From the IMG/VR virus record IMGVR_UViG_3300009472_000017, positions 1 to 29,082 of that record: a stretch of DNA of 29,082 bases; one strand, given 5' to 3'. A program made the translations under genes and the position numbers. How positions within the stretch are numbered: position 1 is the first letter of the stretch; each line of letters starts with the position of its first letter. The notes beneath the pieces are model-generated. The model searched no databases. It saw nothing but the letters and a program-made list of their open reading frames with translations, and was not told where the DNA came from. Of this stretch, positions 9,888-21,800 are shown piece after piece. The stretch comes from a virus (taxonomy: Duplodnaviria > Caudoviricetes).

Positions 9888-12800
9888 TCAATCTAATTTT
9901 TCAGAAACTGCACCAGTAAATCTCAAACCCTCAGATCTACGTTGAATAGTTGGGAATGTGGTCAATCCAACATCATATGTTTTTCCAGTAACACCAATAG
10001 AAATTGGTGAACTTGATCTGGTTATAGATCTGAATACTCCCCAAGAAAATTCTCCGCAGAAATTACCATTTGTAGAAAGTCCGGAAACAGAAGTTCCAGA
10101 GTCAATATTACATGTAACAATACCAACATTACCATTGACTTGTATTGATTTTACAATGTAAATGTTATCCAGGAAAGTATTTCCAATACTAACAATCGCA
10201 GAATTGCTATTATCTACAGAAGTTACTCCAGAACCAATGTGAGTATTCTTTATTAAAATTGGATATCCAACATTAAGGTCACTTCCGAAAGAAGAACCTC
10301 TATCTAAGAAGAATTTGAGTCCAAGTGAGTGTCCACCCACACCTGTTGTTGTGCCAATTCCAGTAACAATTCCAGAGAATCCTTTTACATCTTCTATTTT
10401 TTCGAAGATTTCATAATTTACTTCTGGTAATGCAACTAAAGCTGAAGGAGTAATGGTAGTGGTATATCCAAATCCGGCATTAGTAAATGTGATTGGAGTC
10501 GTAATTGTTCCAGCACTACTTACTGTTGCGGTTGCTATAGCAGTTGTTCCGAGACCAACCCCAACTGTTGGTGGGGCAGAAATTTTAATGTCCACAGTAG
10601 ATCCACTATATCCACTTCCACCGTTTAATATTGTTAATGAAGAAATTGTTCCACCAGAACCAACAGTTGCGGTAACACTGGCACCAGAGGAAACTTTAGT
10701 GTCTACTATTATAGCACCAAATGAATATGGAGAAGAAACATTGTACTTAAATAAATCTGGATCATCTACAAATATTTCAATATCACTAGTACTCATATCT
10801 CCGATAATTTTTGCAGTTGGTAGAATTTGAGAAACAATTGATGCTCTTGTCTTATTGACAAATTCACCATTAACCATTCTGTCAACTTTCTGTTTTGTCC
10901 AGGATAATGGCCTGAAATTGTTTTCATCGATTCCAACTCCATTATAAGAATTAGTTTCAATTTTGTCTGAAGAAGTTATATCAAAGATGATTCTATCCTC
11001 TTGAGATATTGTTGTTGGTAAACTATCTTTTCTAAGAAGTTCTACAGTATCACCTCTTTCTAATGTTGGAAATATATCTGTAACTAAAGTATCATCTTCA
11101 CCCCTTGTTCCTCTATAGAAGAATATGTCAATATTATCTTCTGGTTTTGGTGCTGTAACAAAAGAGAATGATGTTCCACCATCAAATGTATAATTTACTC
11201 CAGGATCTTGAATTACCCCGTTAACAATTATTAATAAAATATTTGCAAGATCTACAGAAGAGTCATCATCTGGTTCTTCAAAACTCAACAAATTATCATT
11301 ATAGAAAATTGGGAATCTTAAACGTATACCGTCTTGGAAATTCTTAATATTATCGATGTAATCAAGTTCACCAAATTGCCAGAAACTGAATGAATCACTA
11401 AATGTATCCAAAACAGTTAGTTCAAAAGTAGATCTTGGTTCACTCAATCTGGAATCCGTAACTAATCCTACAGGTGTAAATACATCACCCCTTCTAAATC
11501 CAAATCCATTTCTCTTAATTTTAAAATCTGTAACTTCGAAGAATGTTGATCCAATACCAACAGTGGAGCTTGCTCCAACACTAACATCTAACAATAATCC
11601 ACTTCCAGTATCTGTAGTAGTTCCAATTCCAATCCTAGAAATACCAGTAACACTTAAGTTTTCATATGAAGGTTCTGAAACAAATATTTGTGGATTTGAA
11701 TATCCTGTTCCACCAGCACCTATAGAGAACGATAAAGTTCCACCAGCACCAACTGTTGCCGTGATAGAAGCAACATCTCCACTATGTCCTTCTTCAAATA
11801 CGGAAATACCTATAGAAACTATCCCATTATATCCGGATCCATTTATATCAGTAGATCCAAGACCAACAGATACAATAGACCCTGCTCCATCCACAACAGC
11901 AGTAGCAGAAACACCCACTAATGGAGCATATCCATTTCCACCACTAGATCCTAAGGAAACAATAATTCCACCTCTAGGAATCTGATTCTGATTAACGTCA
12001 CTTTCAACTGAAAGAATACTATTCGGATCACCAATATCTGTTCTAATCCCACTGAATACCACTGATGATATTCCTGGAGGAGGGGTAAGATTTTCGATTA
12101 TGCTAAAGTTATTGTCCGGATTATTTGCAGTGGTTGGTGTTTGGAATATTCCGTTAATAAACATGATACCATTTCCACCGGTAGTTCCAATACCAGAAGT
12201 ATTTGCACCATCAACTGTCAACGTGAACGTTCTAGCAATACCAGTAAATCCGTCCGAAATATCATCATAAACCTGATTAGTATCATAATTTTTTCTTAAG
12301 AAGACCCTTCCACTAAAATCTGATGTTTCAAATTTTAAGTTTTGGTCTGTTTTTGTAATATTAAGACTTCCTCTTGGTGCTTCGTTAAAGAATATTTCAT
12401 CACCAACAATATTAAATGAACCTCTATAAACATCAACATTTGTTGTGTCGATATGAGAAGTTCCTAACGTTCCAAATGAACCTCTCTCAACTAAAATCAA
12501 GTTTTCAGATCCGATATTTGTAATCGGTCCTACATTAGTAGTTCCCAATCCGACGTTAATAACTGACATGTACTCATCATCAATTTTAAGAACATCATTA
12601 GGATTTATCGTTGATATTCCACTTAAGGTAAAAGTGTCTGTAGTCGTGGAAATACTTCCACCATTTCCAGATAAAGTAGTTTGAATCTTAGAATAACTCA
12701 AAGGAGATTGAGCTAAGTTATTGATTGTGATTATACACTTTTCATTTTTCTTTGCCATTTCAAATTGATGTGCATTACCTTCACCAAAAGAAACAAACGT

Positions 12801-15800
12801 AACTGCTGTTCCCGTTTTAGTTGTAGATATTCCAAATGTATTAACAGTTTTATTAACAACAAAAACCGATGATGGTAATGTATCAATGATAGATCCATTT
12901 TTATACATCATTGGAGTTGATCCAACTCCAACAAAAGTTGATTTTGGAGTGTATATAAGTTCTTCATTATCATTAAAGAAATGATTATTAATTGAAAATG
13001 TTCCAGTAGAAGCATTTAATACATCAGTATTTTTTGGATTAAATTTCTTAGCAAAAATAGGAACATTTTGATTTCTTAGAACAAAATTATTTTTATTAAT
13101 TCTTTCTCCATTTATCGCAAGATATTGAGAAGTTTTTAGGGATTCGGAATATCTCCCTACAATGAAATCTCCAGGATCATTGACAAAATCTGTTTGAGAG
13201 TAAAAACATTCATTAAAAGAAGAAATATTAATATCATCAGTTTCATTGGAATCTGGATAAAATACAAGTTCCAGATTGTCTCCAACATATCTTCCACCAA
13301 AAGATCCAACTCCGGAAGTGCTTCCAACTGAAATAAATTGGGTTTGTTTAGTATAAACATTAATGCTATCTTGAACTATCAAAACTTGATGAAGAGACTT
13401 TACAGTGCCTACACCAACTTCGACCAATGATTTTGCAGAATCAAAATTGAATTTATTAAGAGTCAAAATAGATGTTGAAATGCCAGAAGTTGTGGTGCTA
13501 AATCCCACTTCATAAATTGCTGATCTTTCATTTCCTACTGGTTGATCAGAATTCCTGTACCTAAAAGTACTGCTTATTCCGGAAGAACTAGTAGTGCCAA
13601 ATCCAACAATCTTAGTTTTAACAACAACATCTAATGAGGTATCATTTTCGTATTTTAATTTTAATAATCCATTTTCAATATCAGCACTAAAACTTCCAAG
13701 TTGATCTACAGATCTATTGAATTTAGATGTATCAAAATAATATTCTGCAATGTTGGTATCATTTCCTTCACGAGTCACATACAATTCAACAAAATTTGCT
13801 TTATTACCATTTTCTTGAGTTACATACGCATTTGCATAAAGAGATTTTATTTCGGATGAAATCCCTACAATGGAAGTAGTTGCTCCTGTAATAACTTCTC
13901 TAATATCAGTTAAGACATCAACAAATCCAACTGTAATCGAACCAATTCCAAGACCAGGTGAAAACTTACTTTCAATAAACTTAATATCATATTCAGTATC
14001 AAAAGGATCTTTGGGTTTAAACTTTAAGAAAGATTCATTAAGAAAATCGTCGGTTTCAACTACAAATTCCCCATAATCATTATCAGATGATACAAAAGAA
14101 GTACTAAACCCATCACTTGCTAATGAAGTCTTATCTAAAATAAATGAGTTTTTACTTTCATTATCATTAAGAACAATTAAATTTGTCAATTGGACTTGGG
14201 TTCCAGAAAGATTACTAACCTTTAACAAATAATTAACATACGATTGTGAGAAATCCGTCTCAAGAATATTTGTAAATTGTTTTGGATCGGATTCTGCTGA
14301 TGAGAATTGATCTGAAATATCATCGATCCTCAATCCAATATTTGTTGTGCTCTTATTGTAGTTTGTAAGTTTTTTTGATTTTAACTTTATAAATCTTGAT
14401 GTTAAATTAACAACATCAACATCTACTGCTGTATCAAAATTATTAATAGTATCTACTCTTTTTTCCTCAAAAATATTCTTTACGATAGTTGTTTCATCAT
14501 CAGTTCTAACAATACCTAGACTCTCTAATGGTTCTGAAGATATTTGAGTATCAGAGAAATTTTTAAGACCAGAAATATGAACTAAGTTATTTACTGGTGT
14601 CCTAATATCTTCCCATGATTGGGAACTTTTAATTGAATATGAAAGATTTTGATAATAATTATTATCAGGAATAACTTGATAATCTTCATTCAGTTTTCCG
14701 GTATTTTTTGTCCAACCTTCATTTTTTTCAGTAGAAAAATCTATCTTATAAAATCCTTCAAAATTTTCAAGATTTTCAATTTTAGCAATATTTCCTGAAT
14801 TTTTTCCTGTAATAATTTCTCCAACGGAAAGTGGATATGTGCCAGATACTTTAATTCCTGAAGAATCATCATATTCAATAACTGTTAAATCTCTTTCAAT
14901 TCCGTCACTTATTAAAGTTTCACCAATAGCAAAGAAAGATTTTTTTAAAAAGACACTAAAAGTTGGATAACTGGACTTATTTACTGCAATTCCCGAAGAA
15001 TCTTGTATTGTTTTTGCAATACCAGTATTTGTTGTAAGTCCTGCAAGATTTACTGTCAATTCATCATCTACAAGTCCGGGTACAAATTTATTTTTATAGT
15101 TTGAAACTGTAAAGAATTTGTACCCATAATCTTCCGAATTAAATCCATCTCCAACAGATGAATATTGTTGAATTCCTTCAACAAAGATTTCATCTCCAAT
15201 ACTAAATGGGTCTGTAGAAAATCCCAAAGACGGTGTTGTTAAGACGCATGTAAATATGCCTGTTGAACTTGATAAAACTTTTTTTATAGAAACTCCATTA
15301 GTATTGTTTACGGAAAAAATCTCTGCAGATTCATTCGATATTCCTTTAGGTTCAGATTCAATACTCACAGAAACAATTGCAGTTCCATTTAAATTTGCAC
15401 GTAAGATACCAGAAGTTACTTTCTCTCTTGTTGATTGATCAACAACTATTAACTCCGGAGTTTTAATGAAATTCTTACCACCATAAGTTACGGTTACAAA
15501 ACCAATGGCATTCGAGTCTTCAAGAATTATCTTAGGTGATATAAATGCTTTTGGAGTTAAAGTTATATCGGAAGAATATTCAAATCCTGGATTAATTATT
15601 CTAACCTCATCAATATTTCCTATAGTATCTGATGTAGGAATCGCATATAAATTTTGACCGTCTGTCGAGTTAGTATTAATAATTTCTGGAACTTTTTTAT
15701 ATCCAAAACCAGAGTTTATTAAATAAATTTTATCAACAGGACCTTTTGCTGAAGAAGATGTGGTTGAATATTCCAACACATCACATTCTGATGAAATATA

Positions 15801-18800
15801 TGTGTCTTTTTCTGGATCATCTTTTAATCCAATATTAAATGTTGTATTTGCAATTCCAGAAACAGTATAAGAATTATTGTAAGCACTGTCTGAAAAAACT
15901 ATTTGCGAATAATTATTTACGTCTATATCAGAGGTAGAAATTCCACCATTCTTTTCTAAAGTATAGAAAAGTTTATCTGGAATATTAGAAGTATAATTTA
16001 TTGTAAGAGTTGCATTTGTGGTGACTCCAATTGTCCCAACACCAGATAAACTAAACGTCGAAGTAGAACCTGTAGATACAAACTCATTAAGTAAATTTTG
16101 ATCATAATAGAACCTTAAATTGTATCCATCTAAAGAAGTGTCTGATACATCAAAAATAAGATTATTATTTTTTGTTGCAGTAATTTTTGGATTTATTAGA
16201 GAAATTTTCTGAGAAGATCCACCTGTCCCAGCTATCCCTATTGTAATTGGTGGAATTTGTTTTGAGTTTTTATATGTTTTTGATAATTTAATATTATCAG
16301 AATCAACTTTAAATACAAAATAAGATCCAGTAGTTAATCCAGAAGAAACTACATTAGCATTATAATAAACTTTATCACCAGTTTTTAATTTATGATCAGT
16401 TAATTGAATTTGATCTGTAGAAGTACGTACAGAATCTGATCCAAATCCAATTGGATTTACTAATAGATTTCCTGATGTATTGTTTCTAATAATTCTAACA
16501 CCTGTCGATGTTCCGATACCTACTGACAAATTAGGTTTAATTGCTAAGGTAATTGTATCATTGACGGTTAAACCATGAGAAGTTGATACAGATACGGTTG
16601 ATTCAATATGCTTAACATCACCTTTTCTTTGTACAAAATTTGTTTCAAAGAAATAATCATCCACATTATCTCCATTTGTTCTAAAGAACACTTCATCACT
16701 ATTGAAAGAAGTCTTAATGCCAATAACATTTCTACTTTTAGGAACAGCATAAACTTCCGAAGGAATATCAAATGGTGTACCAGATGGGGAAGTGGATATT
16801 GATAATATTGTGTTTGAATTTCTATTAAATGTAATTAATTGATTATTAGACAATCCATGATTTTCCAGATATATTCTTTGGGAGGTAATATCTCTAGAAA
16901 TTGTTTTATTTCCTAAAGAAAATGTAACATTAACTCCTATTCCTGTTGTAGTACCAGCACCTACAGATTCATTTGGATTAAAATATAATTTCTTATTAAA
17001 TCCAGATTCGAAGTAATCAAGAGACTTATTTATTTCAAATGTAGAGGTTTTGAAAGAAACTGCCGTTCCAATTGCATGTGTTGTTCCAGGTTCTCCTCTT
17101 TTTACTCTAACAATATTTTCCTTCGGAAATATATTTAAAACTTGTAGAGTTTCAGTTCCAATTCCCAAACTACTTCCGGCAGAAAGTGAAGAGGGAATGC
17201 TAGTCAAATAAATTTCTGTAGAAGCTGCCCCAGTTCCAGATATTTCTGTAGTTAATCCACTGTTTTGAAAAGATTCAACTGAAATTTGAAATGACCCATT
17301 TAAAGATGAAAGAACATTAGTGCTAAATCCTGAAATATTAATCGTAGATTTATCTGCAAGAGTATGATATGGAGAAACATGACCAGTTATCTTATTATCT
17401 TTCCATACAAATATAACATCATTAAAAGTTTCTTTTGTAGTTTCTATTTTGTTTATCGTTTTTCCCTTAATTGATGAAATTTTTGCCTGAGCCTCATTCA
17501 GAGAAATATTAATATCAGAGTTATCAAATTCTAATTTATCTCCTACTTTATAATCTTTACCAGCATTAATAATATCAAATCCTTTTATTGATCCTTTTGA
17601 TATGGATTCAATCTTTATGTTTTGTCTGGAAATTTCATTACTTTCGGTAAGGAAATCATTTCCAGCATTTTCGTCCAAAACTTTATATGGAAGAGTATTT
17701 CTAAAAAGTTGAGAATTATTAAAATCAAAACTTTGATTTAAGTCTTTGTTTTCTTTTATTAAAGTAGACCTATAAGTTTTTCCAATAAAATACGGAAATG
17801 TGGGTGTTTTAGTTAAAGGATTTATTGTGGCATGATATGCATAAACACCATTGGGAAAATCTGCATTTTTTTCAAATCTTCCATTATGCTCATCCAAGTC
17901 TCCAGAAAAATCAAATTTATAGTCATCAACAAAAAATCCAACAGGAAAGTTTTGTACTGGTGGCCTATCAAAGATATGTCCAATATCTTGGACATAACTA
18001 GAAGTTAATGTTTTAGTTGCTGAATTTATATTTTTTGGATCTGATAATCCAAAAGGTCCATATATTGGATTTCCATCATATGCCCATCCGATAATATCGG
18101 ATAGTGAATTTTCCGTATCTTGAAATGCATTTCTTACGATTTCAGAATATCCAGTAGAGTAATATGAAAGTCCCTTTTCTGATTCTGCAAATATTTGATA
18201 ATTATCATCTGCAGTTAATTCTGTTTGATTTATATTAAGAGATCTAACATTAGATTCAAATAAAGCATCTTTTCCACTGGAAATTACATCCACTCTAGTA
18301 GTAGTAGAATATCCAATTCCAGGATTTACAACTACTACGATATTAACTTTACCTTCAGAAATAGTTGCTCTAATTTCAGCACCAGATCCAGATCCAGAAG
18401 GATCAACGACTTTTAGTTCTGGAATTGAAAAATAATCAAATCCACCAAATTGCAAATTAGCATCTACGACAGATCCATTGACAATAATTGGTTTGACTTG
18501 AGCATTCTTTCCAGTTTTTATTGTAAAATTGGGTTTTCTTTCAAAATTTTTGATTGTAGAACCATATTTTGTGCCTTCTTCATAAAGATAAGCATCTATA
18601 ATTTCACCTTTTACAACTGGTGTAGTTACAAGAGTTTTAACTTGAGTAGTTGTTCCAATTCCGCTAGAGGTGAATTCGACATTGACCGCAATATCGGGAT
18701 ATTTAAATTGTTGAAATCCAGTTCCAGAAGTCTCAAGATTTATATAATCCTCTCGTTCAAAATTGGTAAAATTAGTTCCACCAACTCCAGCATCGCATAA

Positions 18801-21800
18801 TCTAAAACTATTCAAATTTAAAGGTAAAACATAATACTGATTTGTTGTTGTTAATCCAGAAATTGTTTGTGGTTGAGTCGATCCAATTCCAGAAACTGCA
18901 TTATACTCTATAATCTCTCCCTTTAAAAACCCATGATTTTCAAAGTTGATAGTATCATTTGATGTAGTAATCCCTGATGGTTTTACTAATAATTTTCTAT
19001 TAGTTACTTTTCCACCATCAATTATATTAATTTTTGTTATAGTATTTTTTAATTCTCCAGTTAAGAACTTATGTGTTCCTGATAAACTAGTGTCTGCTAA
19101 TCCAACAACATTAGTATTATTCAAATAATCATCAAAAGATTCAAATATTTGAATAGTTGAATTATTATCTACTTTTGCATAATATGTCGAATTATCAATT
19201 AGAGATGATAATCCTATTCCAATACTGATATTTGGATTTCCATTATTTCTATAAATTATTTCCTCACCATTTGATAAATTATGATCCTCAACAAAAGTTA
19301 TTTGATTAGTGGTAACATCTACTCCACCATTTTCAGTGGTAGATCTACCATCAAATAAAATTTCTCTTCTTCTCTTAACAATAACAGGATCAAAACTTCC
19401 ACCAGTAATATTTCCACCAATAACTTTTATTGCCGATCCAGTATCAATATCAAAATTTTGCTCATCAACAAAAATCTTTTCGATGGTTCCAGAAATAACA
19501 GGTTGAACTAAAGCATTAGTTCCAAGACCAGAAGATGCAGATGGTTGCACTTTTGGTGGGTTAATTAGATCATATCCACTACCACCAAACAAAACCTTGA
19601 GATTTTTTAATGGTCCATAATAAATTTTATCAGTAGTTTTATAATTATTAATTTCAACTCCATTAACTAAAATTCCTACAGATCCAGGAACTGTCTCTTC
19701 CTTTGTCCCATTCTCAATATTTGGTTGGGATAATGGAATTTTTTTTAAAATCTTATCGGGATTTATTATTGATGATCTTTGAGAATATAAAGTAAATGTT
19801 TGTTCACCCAATCCAGAAATTGGAGAGTTGAACTGCAATGCATCAGACTCATTATCAATAAATGTTAGTGAAGAAAATAATTTTATACTCTTTGGATTTG
19901 ATAAAACTTTTACATAATAAAATCCTACTTCCAATCCGGTCAATGCAGTTGATCCAGATGCTGGTGAATAATATATTTTATCTCCAGAAATAAACGGAAC
20001 ATCATTATCAAAAGTTAATGTAGTATAATTTCCAGTCGAAGAATTTATATCAAGTAAATTTCCTGAAGATGAAGTTAAAGTTGATTTTTTTACATTTGCT
20101 GTTATTTGATAATCAAAGAAATTTGTATTTCCTGTATATGAGGGTAAAGAATTTGAAGCAACATACAAATTTTCTTGATCTACGTATACATTTTGAACAT
20201 CAGAAACAAATGTATTATTTCCATATTGAAAAGGAACAAGTGAGCTACTTGCTTTTTTAATTCTTCTTCTCAAAGAGTATGTTTTATTACTTTGTGAAAT
20301 AAAATTAAAATTGGATAAAGAAATTTGTTTTGATGATGAACTTATCGTAGAATCTACGTATGGGATGTTTGAAGTTGTAGTTGGATATATTACAGTATTT
20401 GATCCTAATTCTAAAATTTCTATTTCATCACCTTTTTTTAATTGTGATCTATCAACAAAAGATTTTAATATTACAAGAGATCCAGATATACTTTCAATAT
20501 CTATTGTAGAACTTGTATTATAAATCCAAGTATTAGCAACAATTTCTTTATATGTTTTATTTGATTCTGGGTTAGATATTTTATCGCCTATACTTTTTAC
20601 AGTTAATATTTGATTTTCTTTAGCTATGACATTATCAGACTGTTGTACAAAATCAGACAATACACCCGTCAGTCTAAACTCTACTTTTTTGGACAGGTCT
20701 CCATCTTCATATCCATAATAAGTATCATCAATCAAATATAAATTTTCGGTTTTATTAATGCTATTTTCTATACCAGAACAACCTAAAAATTGATTAACAC
20801 TCTTATCAACATAAGTTACTGTGTTATCTCCAACTTTTAATATTCCAGACGTACTAAAACCAATTGTAGAATCTACAGTTATTACTTGTCCCCCAATTGC
20901 AACATTATCAATTGATTTTGTGTTTGGAGTAACCTTGAACAATCCATTTATTAAAGAATTTTCGCCAAATCCAACAAAAAGAGATAGTTTAAAATATTGA
21001 TTTTCTTTTCTAGTAAAAGATTCTACGGATGTTACGGATGCATTTGTATCAGAATCTCCAGTTTTATAAATTGTTTGTCCAACCAACTTAGTAGGATCTC
21101 CAGAAAAAATTTCTGATACAACAGTTTTTCTTCTGATATAATTGGCGTCTGATGGTTTTAATAAGTAATCTTCTAAATTTATTACCTTAGAATCCTCCCC
21201 AAAAAGAACATTAAATAAAATTCTAAATGAATCTTCTGTACCTTTAGAGTTATAGAATGATCTTGCTAATTTAATAAAATTGCCAATATCAACTTTATTA
21301 TCAAATTGTCTTTCTTCAAATCCAGGAGCAAAAGTAAATTTTAATTTAGAATAAAATTCTTTTAGAAATAAAGAACTTAAATTTTCTACCTTTGCGGCAG
21401 AATCATGAGAAGATGCAGACGTTTGAGAAAAGAGTAACTCTTCTTGATTTAAATCTTGATGATATTTGCTTATACCACTAAATCCACGAACACATCCAGT
21501 AAAACTAGTTGTGGTGCTTCCAGTATACGTGATTATTTCATCATCAATTTTTAATAAACCATAACTATTTGGAAATCCTTTTGTACTTGATACATTGATT
21601 GTAGTATCATCAGAATCTATCGATGATGACAATATTGCACTATCAACAATAACTTCTGGTTTTAAATTATCAAGTTTTAGATATTGATCCAAATTTTCTG
21701 CAATATCTACAGGTCCACCCTGAAATTCTTGAGAAATATAATATTGCTTTAAAAATTCTGATGTTTTTGGACTTTCATCCAAAACAAATTCTGGTAATTG

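Noticed and set aside
13157-16771. Out-of-frame minus-strand ORFs 13157-13360 and 16568-16771 inside gp7
   Set aside because: They have the Leu/Met/Ile-rich composition expected from a shifted frame of AT-rich coding DNA and no supporting signals.
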